The notes below the pieces were generated by a model. That model did no database searches. It saw nothing but the letters and a program-made list of their open reading frames with translations, and was not told where the DNA came from. From a virus: 64,000 nt of DNA. Positions 9,066-17,211 of the stretch are shown piece by piece. Position 1 is the first letter of the stretch, and every line of letters begins with the position of its first letter. The DNA lies in the IMG/VR virus record IMGVR_UViG_3300030503_000212, positions 38,493 to 102,492 of that record; one strand, given 5' to 3'. Made by a program: the position numbers and the translations under genes.

Positions 9066-9097
9066 CAACATAAAGTTGAATCGTCAACAATAAGTTG
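9066..9097. promoter_or_regulatory. tandem palindromic sites (CAAC-N5-GTTG x2) in the divergent intergenic region
   Basis: caacataaagttg 9066-9078 and caacaataagttg 9085-9097 between leftward and rightward gene blocks. Confidence 0.7.
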
Positions 9098-9117
9098 AGC
9101 ATCTAATTGGGGGTGAG

Positions 9118-9330
9118 GTGCTTATGTCACGTCAGAAAGCTGTTAAAGTTACGGTCAGCAAATATCATGTTGACACATACAAGCTAAAACTTACGTGTGG
9201 TTGTGAGTACACTGTTCACACGTCGAAAGAGGCGGCAGAGGCTTTCAGTGACGCTGGTTTCGAATGCAAGCGTTGCCCAGTTTCTATTGAAACTGTTGGC
9301 ACCCATCCAATACATAAAGTTTATAGGTGA
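9118..9330 (+). CDS. small zinc-ribbon protein
   Basis: TCGC...CKRC; GGGGGTGAGG RBS. Confidence 0.55.
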   Translation: MLMSRQKAVKVTVSKYHVDTYKLKLTCGCEYTVHTSKEAAEAFSDAGFECKRCPVSIETVGTHPIHKVYR

Positions 9331-9333
9331 GCA

Positions 9334-9642
9334 ATGTTTGAAGTGTATCCAGATGTAGATTGGTTTCCATCACCGTTTGAAGTGATGGAACTCCAAACCC
9401 GCATACGTGAGCTTGAGAGAATGAACGCTGATTGTCACGTGCGTACCGGTAACGCTATGGCTGGCTTGGGGCGTGAAATAGTTCGGGCCGGAAACATGGA
9501 GGCCAAACTAGGCGTTGCCATTATGGACCGCATCGTCGTCGAAAGAACGACGGGTGTAACACGGGAAAATATTCAGAGGTTCACGAATGAGAGCTATTCC
9601 AAAGAGTTGTGTGAAATCCAAAAGACAAAGGTGAGAACGTGA
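9334..9642 (+). CDS. hypothetical protein
   Basis: Tightly packed rightward operon. Confidence 0.55.
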   Translation: MFEVYPDVDWFPSPFEVMELQTRIRELERMNADCHVRTGNAMAGLGREIVRAGNMEAKLGVAIMDRIVVERTTGVTRENIQRFTNESYSKELCEIQKTKVRT

Positions 9643-9941
9643 GCGAGAAAGTTTTGACCGACGCAGAGCTGCGTAAAACGTATTACAAGGATTACGGCCT
9701 TCTACTGGATCGTTTTCCAAATTATCCAATTGTGATGGACGGCAATGTCCTCCGTTGGAAACGCAAGCCGCTTATGGATTGGATATCTGATCAGATTCCA
9801 GAGGGCATGAATGCTGTTTGGATAGCAGCTCATCGTAATAAGTTTCCCCGTGAGGATCTCTATGAGTTCTATCAAGAGGTCGGTTACTCGCTGGCGGGGT
9901 TTCTTGAGGTATTCGGTGATGAGCTGGATCTGAATTGTTAG
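9639..9941 (+). CDS. hypothetical protein
   Basis: GTGA overlap with upstream gene. Confidence 0.6.
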   Translation: MSEKVLTDAELRKTYYKDYGLLLDRFPNYPIVMDGNVLRWKRKPLMDWISDQIPEGMNAVWIAAHRNKFPREDLYEFYQEVGYSLAGFLEVFGDELDLNC

Positions 9942-9979
9942 AGCCATAGCAGACGCTACAATCAGTATGAGGGTGCTTT

Positions 9980-10213
9980 ATGTTGATTACAACACTAAGT
10001 GAAATACGACACGCATTGGGCAGCATGATTTGCCGGGCATCGAACAGCGGCTGTACGTTGACACAGGAGATCAATGGTGTGTCTGTAACGGCCATCCCCT
10101 ACAAGAAACAAGCCGGAGCTCATTTTCAAGCCTACAATCAGGACATTGGCCGTAAGGTGCTGGCTCAGAGCCTACTTGGGGAGCTGTCAAAACAAAGTCA
10201 GGAGCAGGCATGA
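9980..10213 (+). CDS. hypothetical protein
   Basis: GAGGG RBS; coupled to the next gene. Confidence 0.55.
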   Translation: MLITTLSEIRHALGSMICRASNSGCTLTQEINGVSVTAIPYKKQAGAHFQAYNQDIGRKVLAQSLLGELSKQSQEQA

Positions 10214-10752
10214 GTGGTTTGGAGATCAGAAAAATGACCAATTCGACAGCTAAGAGTCACACAGCACCTCGAATTACGCTAGGCGCAGCGATACGAGGGG
10301 TATGGGAAGTACATCCACAAGCTATCGACAGTTGGAGCGGTAGGATATGGACATCGCAGCACGGGTTTAAGAAGAGTGCATCCCTTGCTCCAAAGATGCC
10401 ACACGAGACGGAGTATTTCTTGGGAGAGGATTGGATTGACGCGTTCCCCAAGCTCCCAGTGAAAACCGCGCCCGAATCCTATGACGTTGCATATGGTCAC
10501 TCGGGTATGCAAATCGAGACCGAGAGTGAAGACGAAGCTAGTCCCCTGCCCGTCGAGGAAAAGTTCACAATATTCTTGGACGACGAAGGAGACTACGTCA
10601 TCCAAGCCAATCGCGAAGCACAGCATGAGTTTTTGACCGCGCACGGATCGACGCCAAACGAAGCAGTTTATGCCATGCGTCAGACGCTTGATTTAATCAC
10701 CCGAGCGCGGATGAAAGCAAACGGAGGCAATCATGAGCACCCCAGAGATTGA
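10210..10752 (+). CDS. hypothetical protein with C-terminal HicB-like segment
   Basis: FTIFLDDEGDYVI...TAHGSTPNEAVYAMRQTL resembles the HicB G-x-T-x-x-EA motif. Confidence 0.5.
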   Translation: MSGLEIRKMTNSTAKSHTAPRITLGAAIRGVWEVHPQAIDSWSGRIWTSQHGFKKSASLAPKMPHETEYFLGEDWIDAFPKLPVKTAPESYDVAYGHSGMQIETESEDEASPLPVEEKFTIFLDDEGDYVIQANREAQHEFLTAHGSTPNEAVYAMRQTLDLITRARMKANGGNHEHPRD

Positions 10753-11101
10753 CTGGACGAACGACCGTGAAGTTGTGGAAGCTGCCATACCTGGAGTTGC
10801 TGACGGAACCTATCGTGGTCCCATGCTTGGCTGGTACTGGTCGCAGGCTCGCAAGGACCCTCTGGTCGTTGAGTGGGAGGCCAAGCACAGACCTACTGTT
10901 GCTGATGAGTACATTGCGGATTTGGCTAAGATCAAAGCAGAACAAGTTCCAGCGGTTGACTTGCCTAAGGTGCTCTATGACGCGCTGAAAGGTTTAGAGT
11001 CTTTGCACTTCGATGATTGGTATGACGATCTAGTACAAATACAGCAAGCCCGCGAGGCCATCAAACTCTACGAGGCGAAAGGGGCAGTAAATGAGGTGTG
11101 A
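10733..11101 (+). CDS. hypothetical protein
   Basis: GGAGG RBS. Confidence 0.6.
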   Translation: MSTPEIDWTNDREVVEAAIPGVADGTYRGPMLGWYWSQARKDPLVVEWEAKHRPTVADEYIADLAKIKAEQVPAVDLPKVLYDALKGLESLHFDDWYDDLVQIQQAREAIKLYEAKGAVNEV

Positions 11102-11312
11102 GAGTTGTCTCAGTGACGAGCCGCTAACGGTGGAACTGCACCAAGAGTTCGCCGTTGTAATAGTTCATTGCCCAGCCTGCGGTGTGGGCAAAGAGTACGC
11201 TATTGGTGATTGCAGATGCTGCGGACACCCTAGATGTGGACTACATGGTAGTGACGAGGCGAAAGGGGCAGTAGATGAAACGAAGCAGGAACAGACGAAT
11301 CATCATGGGTGA
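11091..11312 (+). CDS. Cys-rich zinc-finger protein
   Basis: CESC, CPAC, CRCCGHPRC. Confidence 0.5.
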   Translation: MRCESCLSDEPLTVELHQEFAVVIVHCPACGVGKEYAIGDCRCCGHPRCGLHGSDEAKGAVDETKQEQTNHHG

Positions 11313-11484
11313 CATTGTTACGTTCAAAACAGGCGACAAGCGTATCGGCGTAGTGGGCTATGCTCCATATTCTCTCGATCTTTGTCAGGTGACATGGAAG
11401 GGCCGCAAGAGGCATGCCATCGTGCGGAAGAGCCTACTTGAGGTCGTCACCAATGCCAAAGGCTCGACGAGGCGCAGAACATAA
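11275..11484 (+). CDS. small SH3-like hypothetical protein
   Basis: MGDIVTFKTGDKRIGVVGY...CQVTW; start may be at the second Met. Confidence 0.45.
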   Translation: MKRSRNRRIIMGDIVTFKTGDKRIGVVGYAPYSLDLCQVTWKGRKRHAIVRKSLLEVVTNAKGSTRRRT

Positions 11485-11524
11485 CCATACGCAGGCTACA
11501 GGCGCACGTAGCGGAGGTCTAGAA

Positions 11525-11752
11525 ATGTACGCATTGCTTAACAAAGACAAAGAACTGTTCTGGTACAAAATCCCAGGAATTGCTGGGGAGTTTCGATCTG
11601 TCTCAATATTCAATACTAGGGAAGATGCCATCCTTGCAGCCAAGGCGCTCTACATGGAAAACCTGCATATCGCAGAAATAAGCGTGGCAGTAACCATCAA
11701 TCGAAACGTAGCAGTACAGTTGTTCGCGGATCTACCGCAGGAGGCTGTATGA
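11525..11752 (+). CDS. hypothetical protein
   Basis: GGAGG RBS before ATG 11525. Confidence 0.55.
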   Translation: MYALLNKDKELFWYKIPGIAGEFRSVSIFNTREDAILAAKALYMENLHIAEISVAVTINRNVAVQLFADLPQEAV

Positions 11753-12219
11753 GCAAGTGGAGCTGGTGTGCAGCGGAAGACACGGATACACCATCGACAG
11801 ATATATCGGCGGTGCTTGAGCGATTGGAGGAACAAGGCAATGAAGTTGTTTCCATTGTCATAACTGGCGAGCGCAACGGCAAGCACTACTATCGTATTTT
11901 CTACCGCGAACCCTTATCCCAAGACGCCCGCATTGTCGAGTTGGCGGCTGAAGTCGAAAAGCGAAAATACTTTCCGGCGCAGCTCCTGGTTGGAGGCGGA
12001 CCCGTCGTGACACAAGTTGCTTTCGACGAAATGAAAGAACTTGCAAACGCCCGCATCGCAGAACTGGAGCGGGAGATCCGAGAGGCGCACCGTCTTTTGG
12101 ATTACGCAGTTTGTTTGCATGTAAGAGATACAGATGAATGGGGCAATTGGTGTGAAACGAGAATGGAATGGATAGATCGCGACGATAAGCGCAACGCAGA
12201 GAGGGCGACCGAACAATGA
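11749..12219 (+). CDS. hypothetical protein
   Basis: ATGA overlap, GGAGG RBS. Confidence 0.6.
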   Translation: MSKWSWCAAEDTDTPSTDISAVLERLEEQGNEVVSIVITGERNGKHYYRIFYREPLSQDARIVELAAEVEKRKYFPAQLLVGGGPVVTQVAFDEMKELANARIAELEREIREAHRLLDYAVCLHVRDTDEWGNWCETRMEWIDRDDKRNAERATEQ

Positions 12220-12470
12220 GCGAAATGAAGATGGCTCCAGCTCAGATAGGGCGACACGGAACCGGCAAGATTCCTTGGGCTATGCATATGGCAGCGTACG
12301 AGGTATACAGTGAGGTATTCGAGCCACAACTAGCGTTGGTCCAAGGTGGTTGCCGTGGAGGATTTGGGGAGGTCGAACTTATGGCCTTTCTGTATGCACG
12401 ATCTTTCCCAAGGCAAGAATGGCGTCAGCGGTCGGACGAAGTATTCAAGAATGTGGAGATAACTCGATGA
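12216..12470 (+). CDS. conserved-looking phage hypothetical protein
   Basis: IPWAMHMAAYEVY...GCRGGFGEVEL. Confidence 0.6.
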   Translation: MSEMKMAPAQIGRHGTGKIPWAMHMAAYEVYSEVFEPQLALVQGGCRGGFGEVELMAFLYARSFPRQEWRQRSDEVFKNVEITR

Positions 12471-12922
12471 GCAAGCTATGTGACAATACACCAACAAAAG
12501 CTGGATTCCCTCAAGATGTTTTTACTGCACATCCAGAGATGCGAAATCACAAATGCTGTAGATTAGCTGGGCACGCTGAGGCTTGTTTCTTTTGTGCTCC
12601 AGATGTTCAGCCAGCCGATCCTAAGGTAGAGGGTGTGGTCCTGCCCGACCTGCATCCTGTCTGCGCCCTATGTAAAGGAAAAGGTTCCAAGCATCAAACC
12701 GGGTTCACTGGGAAGCTGGTAGAGCATACCTGCACTCTCTGCAAAGGTAAGGGAACCGTGCTGTTATGTGCGGAAGAACTTACGGAACTTCTAAAGGGGG
12801 TCATCGCCCAGAGAGACGCTGCCCGAGAGGATCATGCTAGGGCGATCAAGAGCCTAGTCGAAGCATACGAGGCCACTCTTGCTGCCGAGAGAGCGCGAGC
12901 GCTGCAACAGTCTGCAACCTAA
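12467..12922 (+). CDS. protein with DnaJ-type CxxCxGxG zinc finger
   Basis: CALCKGKG...CTLCKGKG; ATGA overlap. Confidence 0.6.
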   Translation: MSKLCDNTPTKAGFPQDVFTAHPEMRNHKCCRLAGHAEACFFCAPDVQPADPKVEGVVLPDLHPVCALCKGKGSKHQTGFTGKLVEHTCTLCKGKGTVLLCAEELTELLKGVIAQRDAAREDHARAIKSLVEAYEATLAAERARALQQSAT

Positions 12923-12991
12923 AATCTGTTGACAGCAGGGGCCATCTTGTAGTCTGCTTGGGATTAAGCAGTTCCCCAGGAGACTACTCAC

Positions 12992-13147
12992 ATGGAAAAC
13001 GGACCCGCAATCGGCAAGACGACTGCCAAAGTCATCCAGCCCGCAGTCGATACAGCCGCTGGCAGCAATAAGCCCACAACCGGCACGTCGAAAGAGATGC
13101 TTGAGCGTCTCCCTACCAACCATCCCATTGACGTAACCAAGATTTAA
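12992..13147 (+). CDS. 51-aa small protein (not in ORF track)
   Basis: RBS CAGGAG; MENGPAIGKTTAKVIQPAVDTAAGSNKPTTGTSKEMLERLPTNHPIDVTKI; followed by hairpin. Confidence 0.55.
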   Translation: MENGPAIGKTTAKVIQPAVDTAAGSNKPTTGTSKEMLERLPTNHPIDVTKI

Positions 13148-13158
13148 CTTTATGGTGA

Positions 13159-13181
13159 GCGGAGCCTATAACGGGCTCCGC
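13159..13181 (+). terminator. putative intrinsic terminator
   Basis: GCGGAGCC-7nt-GGCTCCGC stem followed by AACTTGTTTT. Confidence 0.5.
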
Positions 13182-13208
13182 AACTTGTTTTGTATGAGGT
13201 GGGTAACG

Positions 13209-13382
13209 ATGGCAGAGCAGAAAACACCCCCACAAGCAGCACCAGTGGTCATAACAGCCGCTGCAAGCCCCAAGCCGATGTCCAACGAGGCAAGAGCGTC
13301 CAAGGCCGGTACGGCATGCCTACAGCGCCACGGCACAGAGTTCTACAGGCACATAGTGGCACAGCGCTGGGGTAAGGAATAG
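13209..13382 (+). CDS. small protein with KGG/GsiB-like stress repeat
   Basis: RASKAGTACLQRHGTEFYRHI resembles KGG...HG-x-EFYxEIG. Confidence 0.5.
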   Translation: MAEQKTPPQAAPVVITAAASPKPMSNEARASKAGTACLQRHGTEFYRHIVAQRWGKE

Positions 13383-13384
13383 CC

Positions 13385-13726
13385 ATGGCGCTCGACGGAC
13401 TCAAAATCGATGGGGCCGGTGGTGTCGTCTCAGAGTCTGGTTTAGCGTCGTCTTTAGGGATGACAGCTGGGCATCTTAAGACTCTTGAGCACGAAATACG
13501 CAACATTCTGTTGCTAGATGATGATGAGTCGGCTCAGGCTCAAGCTACAATAGCAAACATTCTTGTGACGCAACTTACTCATGAGGAGCGGATGTGTGCT
13601 TTACATCTACTCTATCAGGCGGACGTTGCTCCATATTCAGGTGAAAAGTTATGCCGACTGCAAAAAAAGGTGCTCAAAAAGCTCAAGGCCGTTCCAGAGC
13701 TAAAAAGCATGTGGCATCTGCTGTAG
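13385..13726 (+). CDS. hypothetical protein
   Basis: AAGGA RBS. Confidence 0.55.
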   Translation: MALDGLKIDGAGGVVSESGLASSLGMTAGHLKTLEHEIRNILLLDDDESAQAQATIANILVTQLTHEERMCALHLLYQADVAPYSGEKLCRLQKKVLKKLKAVPELKSMWHLL

Positions 13727-14481
13727 AGATCGTTAAGCCAGTGACGACCGACCCGCGACAGTTCTTTATCGATCAGGACTGGGAGGTTTGGTTTCATGAG
13801 TTCGCTACGGAGAGACAGTCTCGGGGCGGTGGGTATCGCTATGTCTCTACATTTGAGTTTGCCAAGGCCAAGAGTTCTAATCGTGTGATTCGCGATCTGA
13901 TCCTGCACGTTATAGGGCCTGTAGCAGCGGGCAAGACGCCCATGTACAAGGACATACCTCAGTATGACTGGGAACGCCGCCGCAAGGCCGGTTTCTGGCT
14001 TGGGCCGGAGCCGCTCAAGGATAAGATCGAGGCTATCGTTGCCCAGGCAGATACTATTGACGAGGTAAAGAGTTCAGCAAGATCGGCGTTGCTGCCGTTG
14101 CTGCTGCAAACAGCTGCGATGTTTGACAAGATTGAGGCAGCATTCGGCGGACAGATATTTCTCCCCAATGGAACACTCAAAGATAATGAGGCACGGGCAA
14201 GCCTGTACATGCGATTGTCAGATCAGGCCATCAACGGTACGATCCGCATTCAAGAGGCGTATTCTCGCGCCCTGGGCATCAACATGAGCGATATGCAGGG
14301 AACGATCCTGTTCCACGAGGCGGCGGCGTCTAGAATCTCTGGTAAGAGTCATGAGCTTGACGGGGCCAGATCAGTAATCGGAAAAATTCTTGAGATGACT
14401 ATCGACAAGGGTCATACTCATGGGATACCGCTACCGGACCCGGATATGGCTGACATTGCTCTGAAATCATCCAGAGGTTAA
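13651..14481 (+). CDS. hypothetical protein with basic N-terminus
   Basis: 276-aa clean ORF. Confidence 0.7.
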   Translation: MPTAKKGAQKAQGRSRAKKHVASAVEIVKPVTTDPRQFFIDQDWEVWFHEFATERQSRGGGYRYVSTFEFAKAKSSNRVIRDLILHVIGPVAAGKTPMYKDIPQYDWERRRKAGFWLGPEPLKDKIEAIVAQADTIDEVKSSARSALLPLLLQTAAMFDKIEAAFGGQIFLPNGTLKDNEARASLYMRLSDQAINGTIRIQEAYSRALGINMSDMQGTILFHEAAASRISGKSHELDGARSVIGKILEMTIDKGHTHGIPLPDPDMADIALKSSRG

Positions 14482-14484
14482 CCA

Positions 14485-14955
14485 GTGAGCTATTCAGATC
14501 GTGCGAAAGCGTCGTACTCAAGAGTAAGTCGTGACTTGATGTTGCGTGCGTCGATTTCCGAAAGTGTGTTGGCAGAGGCGTTACGAGGTCGTGTGACTCC
14601 AGCAGCATCGCCGTTCGATATTATTATTGACGACATTAGTGTGGCTATTGAGCTTAAGGTGCTAGTGAGTTCAGCCCGTGAGGGCCAAGTGTTCGTCAAC
14701 AAACATGCTATGGGTCGCAAACAACAGTATCTCGTTGAGCGTGGGATGCAGCCATTCATGATAGCGATTGATTACAGAGCGGGTGAACCTGCGTATTACA
14801 TTCGTGAGGGTGTGGCATCGTATAGACTTAAAAACATGCAGCGTTGCAAGAGTCCACGAGCGATGAGGATGTACCTCAATCGTTATGTCAGGGCTACTGC
14901 AATGGCTCTAGAGATAGCCACAGGTGCTCAGAATGCCGCGTTCAATGATGCCTAG
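14485..14955 (+). CDS. PD-(D/E)xK nuclease-fold protein (paralog of 62147..62515)
   Basis: SPFDII...IELK catalytic pattern. Confidence 0.7.
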   Translation: MSYSDRAKASYSRVSRDLMLRASISESVLAEALRGRVTPAASPFDIIIDDISVAIELKVLVSSAREGQVFVNKHAMGRKQQYLVERGMQPFMIAIDYRAGEPAYYIREGVASYRLKNMQRCKSPRAMRMYLNRYVRATAMALEIATGAQNAAFNDA

Positions 14956-16354
14956 TGAGGTTCCCAAGCCCACACCCCTCTACGATCAGCAGCCTAGTAG
15001 GGATAACGAGTTCGCCAAAATTCTTAGGGACAAGAAAGCACGCATCAAGCACACCTCGGAACAGCCAGCAAATTTCTTTGAGAATCGTCCTACGCCCGGC
15101 GTAACAGCTGGTGGGCCGGGATCTGGTCGTTATCCTAAAGGTTCGCATCAAGATATTGGTGAGACTCTCAGCAAAAAGATTGGCAAGAACTGGGATGGTG
15201 CCGTTAAGTATTACAACAGTATTCCGAATACGGACGGCGGGCGAATCCTAAATACGGATGAGGCACGAGAACTATCGTCAGCCTATCGCGCTGACCGTAC
15301 GCGTTCTGCCGAGGTACACGAACCTGCCAGTCAGTTCATTAAGGATCTGTACGCACACAAGCTCTCACAACCCACGCCTGCCGGGTATAAGCCAGTCGTG
15401 CTGTTTACAGCGGGTGGTACCGGAGCTGGTAAATCAGTATCGTTGCGGGCTGCTGATCCGCAGGACTTAGCCAGTAAAGCTGAAATCGTTTACGACACAA
15501 ATATGAACAATGTGCCGTCTGCAACCGCCAAAATCAATCAGGCTTTGTCTGCTGGACGCAACGTCCGTATCGCATACACCTACCGAGATCCGGTTGAGGC
15601 TATGACGGGTGGGGCGCTGCCCCGGGCAATGCGGATGGGGAGAACCGTTCCACTTGCAGAGCACATCAAAACCCATGTGGGAGCTTATGCAACAGTAAGT
15701 TCATTACAAAAGATTTATGCGGACAACCCGAATGTGCAGTTTCGGTTGTTCGATAATTCGCGTGGTCCGGGCAATGCTGCACAGGTACTTACTGTTGACG
15801 ATCTGCCCAAAATGGCAGATAATGGACTCGAAGGGAGACTACATGAAGCACTTAATCAAGCACGAACCTCCGGGCGAATCTCGGAGGCCGTCTACCAAGG
15901 AACCCTCGGAAAAGGACTGGGGCGAGCAGTTGGTAGCCAATCTGAATCGAAACGTGTTAGCGGAGCAAGAGCAGGAACAGCACGAAGCTCAACAGTAAGT
16001 GCTGGCGGTCCAGGTTCAGGACGCTATCCCAAGGGTTCTGGTAAGCAGAATGGCCCGGTCGGTCGTGCTCCAGCAGGCCGTGACAGCGGAGGAGTACGAG
16101 ACGGGGCCGGTGGGTCGGATCTTTATCGGGATCGGCGGATTCAAGCCGCCTATCAGGTAAAACCAGATCAGGCATCATTGGCACGTCTGATGGGTCCAGG
16201 TTGTTACCGTGTTGTTGGAGACCAACTCCTGACGGTTACAAAACATGCTGGCTTGGCTCGTTCGTTTGCAGACCGTATGGCGACCGGTGCCCAAATAGTT
16301 CAGGTGTACAACGGTGAGGGTAGGGTTATCTATGCAAAGGGTGGTGGAATCTGA
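14924..16354 (+). CDS. zeta-toxin-like P-loop kinase flanked by two AGGPGSGRYPKGS motifs
   Basis: VLFTAGGTGAGKS Walker A, IVYDTN, YTYRDP...RAMRMGRTVP. Confidence 0.8.
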   Translation: MLRMPRSMMPSEVPKPTPLYDQQPSRDNEFAKILRDKKARIKHTSEQPANFFENRPTPGVTAGGPGSGRYPKGSHQDIGETLSKKIGKNWDGAVKYYNSIPNTDGGRILNTDEARELSSAYRADRTRSAEVHEPASQFIKDLYAHKLSQPTPAGYKPVVLFTAGGTGAGKSVSLRAADPQDLASKAEIVYDTNMNNVPSATAKINQALSAGRNVRIAYTYRDPVEAMTGGALPRAMRMGRTVPLAEHIKTHVGAYATVSSLQKIYADNPNVQFRLFDNSRGPGNAAQVLTVDDLPKMADNGLEGRLHEALNQARTSGRISEAVYQGTLGKGLGRAVGSQSESKRVSGARAGTARSSTVSAGGPGSGRYPKGSGKQNGPVGRAPAGRDSGGVRDGAGGSDLYRDRRIQAAYQVKPDQASLARLMGPGCYRVVGDQLLTVTKHAGLARSFADRMATGAQIVQVYNGEGRVIYAKGGGI

Positions 16355-16602
16355 TGATCGATCTTAAGGATACGGAGACTGCTGTTCAATCGGAATATGG
16401 TTGGTTACTGGACAACGGCTTGTTGTGCATCGGCCTTGGCTCGTGCAGCATGGTGGATTGGGTAACGTATACCGATGAGAATGCCATTCGATTTGCTCGC
16501 GCCCAAGATGCGGTGAATATGCGATCAGCGCTTAGAGGCGTCAACATGGGAATCTCTATGATGATGGATCGGTGTAAGCCGGTGGAGCATGCTTGGGGCT
16601 AG
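16354..16602 (+). CDS. hypothetical protein
   Basis: TGATG coupling to upstream stop. Confidence 0.55.
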   Translation: MIDLKDTETAVQSEYGWLLDNGLLCIGLGSCSMVDWVTYTDENAIRFARAQDAVNMRSALRGVNMGISMMMDRCKPVEHAWG

Positions 16603-16674
16603 TCAACGATATTTCGTGACACCAGAATCTCGCTTGTGGTATTTGTATTGCAGCGCGGTGAAAGGAACACCCCC

Positions 16675-17160
16675 ATGAATCTTGAACAGACATTGAGCCT
16701 ACAAGCAGCGAAAAAGGCTCCTGAGGGTGACGGAGAGCCCGGACCCGGACACAAGATTTTCAATGGTTTCTTTGTTAAGGTTGAGCACCCAGCAGGCAGT
16801 GTACGCACTGGGATCGCTCCCGATGGTCAGACATGGGCCGTACGAATGGCTAATGACTACGGTGAGCTCCCAGGCTCGATTGGGAGCGACGGAGATCCGG
16901 TGGATGCCTATCTAGGTCCCCACAATGATGCTAAACTCGTACACGTCATCCATATGCATGATCCTGACGGGGCATATAACGAGGACAAAGCCATGATCGG
17001 GTTCAAGGGCCAGAAGTCTGCTATCGCCGCGTTTCGTAAGCATTATGCGCCGGGCGTAGCCAAAATCGGGGCTATTACATCACATACTGTTGCTGGTTTT
17101 CGTAAGCAAGTGCGACTGTCGAAAAAGGCAGGCGGCAAAAAGCTACACGCAACTTACTAA
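16675..17160 (+). CDS. inorganic pyrophosphatase-like (InPase) phage domain protein
   Basis: VEHPAGSVRTG, DYGELPGSIGSDGDPVDAYLG, NEDKAMIGF; RBS AAAGGA before ATG 16675. Confidence 0.85.
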   Translation: MNLEQTLSLQAAKKAPEGDGEPGPGHKIFNGFFVKVEHPAGSVRTGIAPDGQTWAVRMANDYGELPGSIGSDGDPVDAYLGPHNDAKLVHVIHMHDPDGAYNEDKAMIGFKGQKSAIAAFRKHYAPGVAKIGAITSHTVAGFRKQVRLSKKAGGKKLHATY

Positions 17161-17211
17161 TGATTTACCTGTGCAGCGAGCAATCGCTCTCTAGAACATT
17201 CTTATGAGGGC

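Noticed and set aside
4579-9097. Repeated palindromes as a possible CRISPR array or integron attC array
   Set aside because: Irregular spacing of hundreds to thousands of bp, no constant-length spacers, and no cas or integrase gene in the window
12929-12955. TTGACA...TAGTCT as a sigma70 promoter
   Set aside because: Spacer is only 15 bp; not supportable without TSS data
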